From a bacterium (GTDB taxonomy: Bacteria > Patescibacteriota > Minisyncoccia > Minisyncoccales > PEYH01), in contig JAGHAC010000046.1 in NCBI GenBank assembly GCA_021161645.1, positions 1-49,911 on the forward strand: a DNA stretch of 49,911 nucleotides. The letters are read 5' to 3'. A model generated the notes under the pieces. It was not told the origin of the DNA and ran no database searches. It saw nothing but the letters and a program-made list of their open reading frames with translations. Both the position numbers and the translations under genes were made by a program. Numbering within the stretch: the first letter of the stretch is position 1; each line of letters begins with the position of its first letter. Positions 35,836 to 44,428 of the stretch are shown here, piece after piece.

Positions 35836-37170
35836 ATGTTAAATTTTTGCCGCAATCAAAAAGGAATGAGCTTGCTAGAAAGCATTATAGGAATTGGTTT
35901 GATCGGGATTGTCTTTTGGGGAGTTATAGGGATGTATATTTTGAGCGTAAAAGTAGTTGCTCAATCTAAATTAAGATCAACGGCAATTTTTCTAGCAAAT
36001 CAAAAGATTGAAGAAATCCGAAGTTTATCTTATGAAAATATAGGAACAATAGGCGGAGTACCTTCTGGATCAGTGTCTCAGGAAGAAACTAAGACTTATA
36101 ATGGCGGGGAGTTTACTATAAAAACTACTATAGTGTATGTTGATGATCCCTCTGATGGAGCATTGCCTGATGATTCTGTTCCTACGGATTATAAAAAAGC
36201 AGAAGTAAGAGTTTCGTGGGCAGGGGAAAATTCAGGAGAAGTTTTGTTTACTACAGATATTGTTCCCAATACTGTAGAAGAGAGCGTTGGGGGAGGAATT
36301 CTTTCTATTAGCGTAAAAGACGCAGATATCCAAGGTGTCTCTAATGCCGAAGTTCATATATATAATGATCAGGTGAGTCCTATTATAGACGCTAATTACT
36401 TAACTAATAGCCAAGGAAACCTAGTTCTTTTGGGTTTGCCTGAAAGCACTGAAAGTTATCAGATTACCGTTAGCAAAACGGGCTACAGTATAGATCGAAC
36501 ATACGGAGAAGATGAGGTTGCTACTCCTCTTAAGCCTCATGCAAGCGTTTTCAATAATCAGACCACAGAAATAGGCTTTGAAATAGATTTATTAGGGACA
36601 ATGAATATTAGTACTACAGGATCTGAGGAGAACGGATATCCTCCTGTTGGTAATATTCAATTCCGACTGAGAGGAGAAAAGATTATAGGTACAGATGCTT
36701 TTGGAGATCCTGTATACAAGACAGATGAAATTTTACAAACCGACAGTTCAGGTTCGCTAGAAATCGCGGATTTAGAATGGGACTCTTATGATTTTTCCAT
36801 ACTTTCGCCTGAAGGCCTTAATCTTATAGGAATAGAGTCGCCTTTGGGGACAGCTACGACACAACCTATAGATTTATTGCCCGGAGAGACAAAAGATATA
36901 CGACTTATTCTAGGGGCGCAGAATTCTTGCTTGCTAAAAGTTTACGATGCGTCTACGAACGATCCACTTTTTTCTGCCTCAGTTCGTCTTTACGACAGCA
37001 CAGAATACGACCAAACTATACCTACAAATTCCCAAGGAGAAAGCCTTTTTATACCTTTGGAAGAAGGAGACTATACTCTAGAAATTCAGATGGACGGATA
37101 TATCTCTTATACGGAAAGCTTTTATATTTCCGGAGAAGTAACAAAAGAAATTTATTTATCCCCCATATGA
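35836..37170 (+). CDS. Large minor pilin (PilV-like) with C-terminal beta-sandwich (carboxypeptidase-regulatory-like) domains
   Basis: Class III signal 'QKG|MSLLE', 'A..LANQKIEEIRS', and repeated 'TNSQG' and 'Y.ITVS..GY' motifs. Confidence 0.8.
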   Translation: MLNFCRNQKGMSLLESIIGIGLIGIVFWGVIGMYILSVKVVAQSKLRSTAIFLANQKIEEIRSLSYENIGTIGGVPSGSVSQEETKTYNGGEFTIKTTIVYVDDPSDGALPDDSVPTDYKKAEVRVSWAGENSGEVLFTTDIVPNTVEESVGGGILSISVKDADIQGVSNAEVHIYNDQVSPIIDANYLTNSQGNLVLLGLPESTESYQITVSKTGYSIDRTYGEDEVATPLKPHASVFNNQTTEIGFEIDLLGTMNISTTGSEENGYPPVGNIQFRLRGEKIIGTDAFGDPVYKTDEILQTDSSGSLEIADLEWDSYDFSILSPEGLNLIGIESPLGTATTQPIDLLPGETKDIRLILGAQNSCLLKVYDASTNDPLFSASVRLYDSTEYDQTIPTNSQGESLFIPLEEGDYTLEIQMDGYISYTESFYISGEVTKEIYLSPI

Positions 37171-37757
37171 TTAACAAGAAAACAGGAGGTTTTACCTTAA
37201 TTGAGACAGGATTGGCAATTCTAATTTTTCTCTTGGGGGTAACAACGATTTTTAGGTTGGTAGAATTTGGATATTTTGGTAAGGATTATACTTTTCAGCA
37301 AGCATTAAGTATTGAGGAGGCGCAAAGAGGTATAGAAACAATGGTTAAGGAAATCCGAGAAGCTCGGGGTGGAGAAGATGGATCTTTTTCAATTGTTCAA
37401 GCTGAAGGTTTTGAATTTTCTTTTTTCTCCGACATAGATAATGATGGAGAAACAGAGAAAATAAGATATTTTTTAGAAGGAACTGATTTTAAAAAGGGAA
37501 TTATTGAACCGCGATGTTGCCCGGTTAGTTATCCCAGCAGTTCGGAGCGAGTAATTACTTTAACTCAGTACGTAAGGAACTCTCCCCCAATATTTCGTTA
37601 TTTTGATAAAGATGGAAACGAACTTGGTCCCCCCGCTAATCTTAAAGACACTAGAAGAATGAGAGTATATCTAGTGGTTAATGTTAATCCTGCTCGCCCA
37701 CCCCAAAATTTTGTGTTAGAAACAGATGTTTTATTAAGAAACCTAAAAGAAGATTAG
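37167..37757 (+). CDS. Minor pilin (PilW-like)
   Basis: Class III signal 'KTGG|FTLIE'. The ATG at 37167 overlaps the upstream stop. Confidence 0.82.
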   Translation: MINKKTGGFTLIETGLAILIFLLGVTTIFRLVEFGYFGKDYTFQQALSIEEAQRGIETMVKEIREARGGEDGSFSIVQAEGFEFSFFSDIDNDGETEKIRYFLEGTDFKKGIIEPRCCPVSYPSSSERVITLTQYVRNSPPIFRYFDKDGNELGPPANLKDTRRMRVYLVVNVNPARPPQNFVLETDVLLRNLKED

Positions 37758-37761
37758 TTCT

Positions 37762-39135
37762 ATGAAAAAAGTCGGTTCTCAAAAAGGTTCTTTGGTCATT
37801 TTTGTTCTTATCTTTGGAGGAGTGTTTTTGATATCTTTTGGGGGAATATTAAGTTTCCTTTTGCTTCAATATAAGTTCTCTTTAGAAAAAGCAGCGTATG
37901 AAGAAAGCCTTCATATTGCAGAAGCAGGGATAGATTTTGCTAAATGGCATATCAATCATTGGCCCGACGATTTTTCTTTTTCAGGAACCTATAATTATAA
38001 GAACGCTTCGGGCGATACGATAGGTTATTATCAGCTATCGATAGAAGAAGAAACGGCATGCAGTCCAGGTATTAAAATTATTTCCACTGGATGGACTAAC
38101 GATTTTCCTAACAAAAAGAGATCTATTAAAATTACTTTGATGAAAACCAGTATAGCTTCTTACGCCTTTCTAAGCAATTCTAATATTTGGTTTGGAGAAA
38201 ATGAGACAGTGAAAGGACCATTTCATTCGAATGGTGGGATAAGAATGGATGGTAGTCAAAATGCTCTTTCTACTTCAGCCAAAGATACATATCTTTGTGG
38301 AGAAGAGCATGGTTGTTCTCCTCCTCAAGAGAAGCCTGGAATTTGGGGAGAGGGAGATGGGCAAGATCTGGGATTGTGGAAATTTCCAGTAAGCTCGATT
38401 GATTTTGATTCGATTTCAAACGATCTGGCTTATTTAAAAGACGAAGCCCAAACTAAAGGAATTTATCTTCCCAATCAAGGTTTGGGCTATTATCTGCACT
38501 TTAATTCGGACGGCACCATTGATGTTTATAAAATAAAAAAGCTTAAACAAAAAGTTTGGGGTTATAATGGTGATGATTGGGTATACGAAGCCAATGATTT
38601 TGACACAATTGAACTTTACACAACTTATAATTTACCATTAAACTGCGGACCTATATTTATAGAAGACAATGTTTGGATCGACGGCACAGTTAATGGTAGA
38701 GCAACAGTTGTAGCAGCCAAACTTCCCGAAACTCCGAACACAATGAAAAAAATTATAATTAATGGTAATATAGATTATGAGGGGGTAAATTCAGTTTTGG
38801 GTTTAATTGCACAAAAGGATATTATTATTCCTCTTTATGCGCCGGACGATTTAACGGTAAAAGCGGCAATGATGGCACAGAACGGAAGAATTATTAGATA
38901 TTATTATCCTTGGTGGTATGCTCCTTATAATTTAAGAAATTCTATTAGCATAGAAGGATCTATTGTTACCAATAAAATTTGGACTTTTACTTGGGTTGAT
39001 GAAGAAGAAGAGGTAATATCCGGCTACAAAAATACAGAGATGTCTTATAGGGCAAGCCTTACATATAACCCACCTCCCTATTTTCCTGCGATAGGTGATT
39101 ATAGGGTGCTAAAATGGGAAGAAATAAAAAAGTGA
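37762..39135 (+). CDS. PilX-like minor pilin with a large C-terminal domain
   Basis: 'QKG|SLVIF' (no Glu5, as in PilX/GspK), 'SLHIAEAGI', 'GPFHSNG', 'PPPYFP...WEE'. Confidence 0.78.
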   Translation: MKKVGSQKGSLVIFVLIFGGVFLISFGGILSFLLLQYKFSLEKAAYEESLHIAEAGIDFAKWHINHWPDDFSFSGTYNYKNASGDTIGYYQLSIEEETACSPGIKIISTGWTNDFPNKKRSIKITLMKTSIASYAFLSNSNIWFGENETVKGPFHSNGGIRMDGSQNALSTSAKDTYLCGEEHGCSPPQEKPGIWGEGDGQDLGLWKFPVSSIDFDSISNDLAYLKDEAQTKGIYLPNQGLGYYLHFNSDGTIDVYKIKKLKQKVWGYNGDDWVYEANDFDTIELYTTYNLPLNCGPIFIEDNVWIDGTVNGRATVVAAKLPETPNTMKKIIINGNIDYEGVNSVLGLIAQKDIIIPLYAPDDLTVKAAMMAQNGRIIRYYYPWWYAPYNLRNSISIEGSIVTNKIWTFTWVDEEEEVISGYKNTEMSYRASLTYNPPPYFPAIGDYRVLKWEEIKK

Positions 39136-39155
39136 GCATAAATTTTTAAAAGTAT

Positions 39156-40118
39156 ATGTCAAAAAAACATTTTTTTCTCATATTTTTTGGATTAACGATT
39201 CTTTTGCCATTGGTAATTTATTCTTATTTTTTGACGCCCCCTTCTGTTCAAGAAGCAAGAATTAATACCAGCATTCAATACCAAGGAGCAACAGAAGGCC
39301 AGTATTCTGACTATGTTACTCTTTCTGGGCAGCTGACAGAACAAGAAAGCGGTAATGCTTTATCGGGAAAAACAATAAAGTTTGTTTTAGGTACTCAAGA
39401 AGTAAGCGCAACAACAAATAGCCAAGGGATAGCTCAAACTACCATGAAACTTAGTCAAAATCCAGGCAATTACAATCTTTTAACTATTTTTGAGGGAGAT
39501 GATATCTATTATGGTTCCTCTGATACGATCCAATTTCAAATTAAGAAAGAAGACACTTCTATTTCTTATACAGGACCTCTTTCCGGTACAGAAGATTCTA
39601 CGATAACGTTAAGTGCTACGCTCTCAGAAATTGATGATGAAGTCGGGAATCTTTCTGGTAAGAATATCAAATTCAAACTGGGACCTCTTCAAACAAGCGC
39701 CACAACTAATTCTTCAGGGAAAGCAAGTACAACCTTAAGACTTGATGTTTCTCCCGGAACTTATACTCTTAAAACAGAATTTCTGGGAGACGGTTATTAT
39801 TTGTCTTCCAACGCTAGCCGCAACTTTACAGTTAAGGAAAAATGTGGGCATTGTGGTGGAGGCGGAGGCGGCGGAGGAGGATGTTTTATTGCCACCGCTG
39901 CTTACGGTTCCCCATTAGAACAAGATGTGGTAATTTTACGAAAATTTCGAGATGAATATTTAGAAAAAACACCAGTGGGGAGAGGGTTAGTAGATTTATA
40001 TTATAAATACAGTCCCCCAGTGGCCAAAAGAATTGCCCAAAATTCTTTTCTTAAAAAGACAACAAGAATAGCCTTAAAGCCAGCAATTCAAATCGTAAAG
40101 AAAAAATTTTTTAAGTAA
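39156..40118 (+). CDS. Ig-like tandem-repeat protein with a CFI-box-CTERM domain
   Basis: N-terminal TM helix, two ~95-aa repeats ('VTLSGQL..LSGKTIKF.LG...SATTNSQG' / 'ITLSATL..LSGKNIKF.LG...SATTNSSG'), poly-Gly linker, then 'CFIATAAYGS...LRKFRDEYL...YYKYSPP'. Confidence 0.82.
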   Translation: MSKKHFFLIFFGLTILLPLVIYSYFLTPPSVQEARINTSIQYQGATEGQYSDYVTLSGQLTEQESGNALSGKTIKFVLGTQEVSATTNSQGIAQTTMKLSQNPGNYNLLTIFEGDDIYYGSSDTIQFQIKKEDTSISYTGPLSGTEDSTITLSATLSEIDDEVGNLSGKNIKFKLGPLQTSATTNSSGKASTTLRLDVSPGTYTLKTEFLGDGYYLSSNASRNFTVKEKCGHCGGGGGGGGGCFIATAAYGSPLEQDVVILRKFRDEYLEKTPVGRGLVDLYYKYSPPVAKRIAQNSFLKKTTRIALKPAIQIVKKKFFK

Positions 40119-40119
40119 A

Positions 40120-41214
40120 ATGCTAGTTAATATATTAAATCTTAAAATAAAAAGCTTTGGGCTGGATATTTCGGACAGATCTCTAAAGATTGCCCAAATC
40201 GAAAAAAGAAGAAAAAAGAATATGCTTGTTAGTTTTGGTCGTGTTGATGTACCTCCAGGCATTATTAAAGCAGGAGAAATCAAAGAGCCAGAAAAACTTT
40301 CTCTTTTAATAAAGAAGCTAATAAGAAACGCGAAAGGAAAAAAGATATCTTTTCCTTATGTTGTTGCTTGTCTGCCGGAAGAAAAAACTTTCTCCCAAAT
40401 AATCTCTTTACCTAAGATGACAGAAGAAGAGGCAAGACAGGCAATTCGTTTTGAGGCAGAAAAATACATCCCCTATTCGGTTGAAGACGTGTATCTTGAT
40501 TGCCAGCAGGTAATAATAGAAAACCCTCAAAAAGATAAAATATATGTATTACTTGTTGCGCTACCAAAAAAAATTGTTGACAGATGTATAAAATCTTTGA
40601 AATTGGCAGATTTAAAACCCATATCGCTGGAAGTCGAATCACAGTCAACCGTCAGAGCTATTTTAGATCAAAAGAAAGACAGATTTCCTCCCTCTCTTAT
40701 TTTAGACATAGGAGCTACCCGAACAGGTTTTATGATATTTTCTGGTACTTCTTTAAGGTTTACTACTTCTATTCCTGTTTCCTCTGGAAGTCTCACAAAG
40801 TCTATAAGTAAGACTCTAAAAATTGATTTTCAAAAAGCAGAAGAGATGAAAATAAAATACGGCATTTCAAAGAGGACTAAAAAAGCACGAAAGGTTTTTG
40901 AGGCAATTATTCCTCCGCTCACCGATCTTGTAGAGCAGATTAAAAAATATATAGAGTACTATCATACAAGGGCTCAAAAAGATCCAAGTTTTGTAGATGG
41001 AATTAAAATAGAGAAGATAATTCTAACGGGGGGAGGAGCTAAAATGAAAGGTTTAAAAGAATTTTTTCAAGAAGAATTTGGCTTGCCCACATATCTAGCA
41101 GATCCTCTAATTAATGTTGAAGCTTTAAGTAACTTTCCCAAAAATCAAGCATTAGAATATGCCAATGCCATAGGATTAGCATTAAGAGCAGTGCAGGAAA
41201 ATGAATTATATTAA
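40120..41214 (+). CDS. pilM: Type IV pilus assembly protein PilM
   Basis: 'FGLDISDRSLK', 'EAEKYIP', 'LDIGA', 'LTGGGA', 'AIGLALR'. Confidence 0.92.
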   Translation: MLVNILNLKIKSFGLDISDRSLKIAQIEKRRKKNMLVSFGRVDVPPGIIKAGEIKEPEKLSLLIKKLIRNAKGKKISFPYVVACLPEEKTFSQIISLPKMTEEEARQAIRFEAEKYIPYSVEDVYLDCQQVIIENPQKDKIYVLLVALPKKIVDRCIKSLKLADLKPISLEVESQSTVRAILDQKKDRFPPSLILDIGATRTGFMIFSGTSLRFTTSIPVSSGSLTKSISKTLKIDFQKAEEMKIKYGISKRTKKARKVFEAIIPPLTDLVEQIKKYIEYYHTRAQKDPSFVDGIKIEKIILTGGGAKMKGLKEFFQEEFGLPTYLADPLINVEALSNFPKNQALEYANAIGLALRAVQENELY

Positions 41215-41734
41215 TTTACTTCCCAAAAGAGAATTACAACAGAGAAGCGAAGAAAAAAAACTACGTTTGATTGTGATAGTTGGGAGCATTTGTTTGTTTT
41301 TGCTGATTTTTTTTCTGCTTTTAGTTTTTGTCTTTAAGATAAAAGCCAGTAATTATTTAGAAGAAGCAAAAATAGAACTAGCAGAAAAGAAGGTAGATCT
41401 TTTTCAGGTAAATCAATTAGAGAAGAAAATTTCCAGACTGAACTCTACCTTCAAAAAGATAAACAAATTTTATCAAAGCCAAATATTTACAACAGAAATT
41501 TTTAAGACCCTGACTTTTTATTTTGAGCCCGGAATGTCAGTTCAGGGCTTTAATTTTAGTCCAGAAACAGGAAAGGGATATCTGCTAGGATACGCTAAAA
41601 GTTTAGAATCTTTAGAGAGATACAGAGACAAATTAAAAGAAAGCACCTCATTCCAAAAGGCAGAAATTGAGATTCTTGGATTTCTTAAAACCAAAGACGT
41701 GACCTTCCGTTTAGATTTTGAATATGGAAAATAG
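41201..41734 (+). CDS. pilN: PilN-like protein
   Basis: 'INLLP' motif, TM helix and coiled coil, following pilM. Confidence 0.8.
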   Translation: MNYINLLPKRELQQRSEEKKLRLIVIVGSICLFLLIFFLLLVFVFKIKASNYLEEAKIELAEKKVDLFQVNQLEKKISRLNSTFKKINKFYQSQIFTTEIFKTLTFYFEPGMSVQGFNFSPETGKGYLLGYAKSLESLERYRDKLKESTSFQKAEIEILGFLKTKDVTFRLDFEYGK

Positions 41735-42275
41735 AACAAAAAACAATTTAATAATAACCCTTTTTACAACAATAGCGCTTATAATTATTTGGTATGCGCT
41801 AAGCCACCCTTTTTCAGAATTGAAAGCAATTATTCAAGAATATATAAAGACGAAAGCGGAGATATCTACTATTGAACAGAAAGTAAGCAATTTTCATACG
41901 CTTGAAAAAAGTTATGGCGAATATAAAGAAAATCTTGAAAAAATGGAAAAACTAGTTAATGATAATCTTTTTATTGACAGAGAGATTCCTTTGGGTTTTA
42001 CTCAGTCGTTAGAACAATGGGCTAAGCATTTAGGGCTTGAGATAGAAATTTCCCCAACGAAAATTCAAAAAACAGACACAGATTTTAGAGAATTTGTGGG
42101 TTATAAGATAAGAGTTAAGGGTAAACAATTAACACCTCTGCTTCAATTTTTAAGAAAGCTAGAGACCAGTCAATGGGTAGTTAATATTTCTACGGTTTCT
42201 TTGTCTTTAGAGCAAACAAAAAAGAACGAAACATATATTGTGGAAGATATTTTTATCAAGGTCTATGTTTTTTAG
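41724..42275 (+). CDS. pilO: PilO-like protein
   Basis: TM helix, coiled coil and 'LLQFLRKLE', following pilN. Confidence 0.7.
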   Translation: MENRTKNNLIITLFTTIALIIIWYALSHPFSELKAIIQEYIKTKAEISTIEQKVSNFHTLEKSYGEYKENLEKMEKLVNDNLFIDREIPLGFTQSLEQWAKHLGLEIEISPTKIQKTDTDFREFVGYKIRVKGKQLTPLLQFLRKLETSQWVVNISTVSLSLEQTKKNETYIVEDIFIKVYVF

Positions 42276-42600
42276 AAAAACAGAGAAAACTTTTTTTAGC
42301 AAACAAAAAATAAGGAAAAGTTTGGTTTGGATAATATATTGTATTGCTAGACATGATTTTTTGGTTTTTGTTCTGTTGTCTACGCTGATTACAGGTTTTA
42401 TTTGTCTTTATCTTTGGCATTATATTGAGATTGTGGAAAAAGAAAATAAATCCGTGATTGTTCCTATGGTGAAGATAAACGAAAAAGAGTATAATAAATT
42501 TTTAGAGTACTCGAGCAAACGACAAGAAGAATTCTGGAAAGCAGAACAGGAAAAATATAAAGAAGTTTTCACTCCTTTACCTTCTCAGTCTCTTGATTAA
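42265..42600 (+). CDS. Hypothetical single-TM protein ending the pilus operon
   Basis: ORF overlapping the end of pilO, with one TM helix. Confidence 0.55.
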   Translation: MFFRKTEKTFFSKQKIRKSLVWIIYCIARHDFLVFVLLSTLITGFICLYLWHYIEIVEKENKSVIVPMVKINEKEYNKFLEYSSKRQEEFWKAEQEKYKEVFTPLPSQSLD

Positions 42601-42642
42601 TGCTCGCTTTTCAAGTAGTATAAACTAATTTGAAATCTCTTT

Positions 42643-42715
42643 GCCCCCATAGCTCAACTGGATAGAGCACGGGCCTTCTAAGCCTGGGATCCAGGTTCGA
42701 GTCCTGGTGGGGGCG
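42643..42715 (+). tRNA. tRNA-Arg(TCT)
   Basis: Cloverleaf with acceptor GCCCCCA/TGGGGGC, anticodon loop CT-TCT-AA and T-loop TTCGAGT. CCA not encoded. Confidence 0.95.
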
Positions 42716-42737
42716 CTAATCGTTTATATACATCTTT

Positions 42738-43952
42738 ATGAAAGAACAAATCAAAACAGATAAAATAAAAGACATTTTAGAAAAAGGAGTAGAAAAAATT
42801 ATTGACAAAGATCACCTTACAAAAAAACTTCTCTCTGGAAAAACTTTGAGAGTTAAACACGGAGTTGATCCTACAGGACCAAACATTCATTTAGGAAGAG
42901 CGGCTCAACTTTTAAAATTGAGGGCATTTCAAGACTTGGGTCATAAAGTGGTAATAATTATTGGTGATTTTACTGCTCGCATTGGCGATTCCTCTGATAA
43001 ACCAGAAGGCAGGAAGGGACTAACTCCCGAGGAAATAAAGATCAATATGAGTAATTATCTGAAGCAGTTTTCCAAGATTTTAGATATAAAAAAGACAGAG
43101 ATCAGATATAACTCGGAATGGTTTTCGAAAATGAACCTGGAAAATTTTCTTAAGATAGCCAATAATTTTTCTGTTCAGCAACTGGTGCATCGAAGGAACT
43201 TTAAACAGCGATGGACAAAAAAGCAACCTATTTGTTTGCCAGAAATTATTTACCCTATACTTCAAGGGTATGATTCGGTGATGGTGAAAGCAGATATAGA
43301 ATTGGGTGGATATGATCAATTGTTTAATTTAAAAATGGGCAGAATCTTGCAAGAAATTTATAATCAAGAACCCCAAGATATTATTACTCTAAAAATGCTA
43401 CCCGGTCTTGATGGGCGTAAGATGTCTACAAGCTGGGACAATATGATTAGTATCGTTGAAAACCCTTGTAATATGTATGGCAAAATAATGTCTATGCGGG
43501 ACGAATTAATTCCTTTATATTTTGAACTATGTACAACCTTTTCTCTCAAAGAAATCAAAGAAATTGAAAAAAAATTAAAAGAGAACAAGGTAAACCCTAG
43601 AGATATGAAAGCACGTTTGGCTTTTGAGATAGTTTCGTTTTATTATGGAAAAAATAAAGCCCGTCAAGCAGAGAATGAATTTATTAGGGTTTTTAGAGAA
43701 AAGAAAGAACCAGAAAGAATAAGAAAATTTTTTGCCCCCAAAAAAGAATATCCAATTGTTGATCTCTTGGTAGGGTTGGGTTTTGCCAAATCTAAAAGCG
43801 AAGCCAAAAGATTAATAGCTCAGGGAGGTGTGAAAATAGATGAAAAACTGCAAAAAGATTGGAAAAAAATTGTAAAAGTAAGAGAGGGTATGATTGTTCA
43901 GGTCGGGAAGTTAAAGTTTGCCAAAATGACCTTCGATGACCACCTTGACTAA
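42738..43952 (+). CDS. tyrS: Tyrosine--tRNA ligase
   Basis: 'GVDPTGPNIHLG', 'YPILQGYDS', 'GGYDQ', KMSKS-like 'KMSTS', and C-terminal S4 domain. Confidence 0.96.
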   Translation: MKEQIKTDKIKDILEKGVEKIIDKDHLTKKLLSGKTLRVKHGVDPTGPNIHLGRAAQLLKLRAFQDLGHKVVIIIGDFTARIGDSSDKPEGRKGLTPEEIKINMSNYLKQFSKILDIKKTEIRYNSEWFSKMNLENFLKIANNFSVQQLVHRRNFKQRWTKKQPICLPEIIYPILQGYDSVMVKADIELGGYDQLFNLKMGRILQEIYNQEPQDIITLKMLPGLDGRKMSTSWDNMISIVENPCNMYGKIMSMRDELIPLYFELCTTFSLKEIKEIEKKLKENKVNPRDMKARLAFEIVSFYYGKNKARQAENEFIRVFREKKEPERIRKFFAPKKEYPIVDLLVGLGFAKSKSEAKRLIAQGGVKIDEKLQKDWKKIVKVREGMIVQVGKLKFAKMTFDDHLD

Positions 43953-43983
43953 TTCTAAACCGACAACTAACAACTAATGATCG

Positions 43984-44009
43984 GTTGATTTCTTTACAAA
44001 GAAATCAAC
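43984..44009. repeat. Perfect inverted repeat upstream of tRNA-Ser
   Basis: GTTGATTTCTTT-AC-AAAGAAATCAAC; no U-tail. Confidence 0.7.
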
Positions 44010-44013
44010 GCCG

Positions 44014-44102
44014 GGTGGGGTGCGCCGAACTGGCAAGGCACCGCTCTCGAAAAGCGGCTCCCATTTTTGGGATTGTGGGTTCAAGTCCCACCCCCACCGC
44101 CA
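44014..44102 (+). tRNA. tRNA-Ser(CGA)
   Basis: Acceptor GGTGGGG/CCCCACC, anticodon loop CT-CGA-AA, long variable arm, G73 and encoded CCA. Confidence 0.93.
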
Positions 44103-44173
44103 TGCACCACGTAGGGTGCATGGCGAGCCCTAAACCCAACGTGGTTTATGGCCGCCAAAAGTAATACACGATT

Positions 44174-44428
44174 ATGTATTATGTCTATATTTTTCAAAGT
44201 CAAAAAGATAAAAAATTATATATCGGATTTACTTCTAATTTAAAGAAACGAATAAGAAAACATCGGGCGGGAGAAGTAACATCAACAAAAACTCGTCGAC
44301 CGTTGAGGTTAATATTTTATAAATCCTTTTTAGCAGAACAAGATGCTCTAAGAAGAGAAAGATATTTCAAGACACAAAAAGGAAAAGTGTCGTTAAAACA
44401 AATCATCAGAAATTCGTTAAAACAATGA
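44174..44428 (+). CDS. Small GIY-YIG nuclease-family protein
   Basis: 'YYVYIFQS....LYIGFTSNLKKRIRKH' and 'ALRRERYFK'. Confidence 0.9.
   Translation: MYYVYIFQSQKDKKLYIGFTSNLKKRIRKHRAGEVTSTKTRRPLRLIFYKSFLAEQDALRRERYFKTQKGKVSLKQIIRNSLKQ

Noticed and set aside
36927..37166. N-terminal extension of the PilW-like ORF given in the track
   Set aside because: It overlaps the upstream gene, and the prepilin signal shows that the start is the ATG at 37167. Similar over-extensions were trimmed for holA, the exonuclease, and the V4R-like and DHH-like ORFs.
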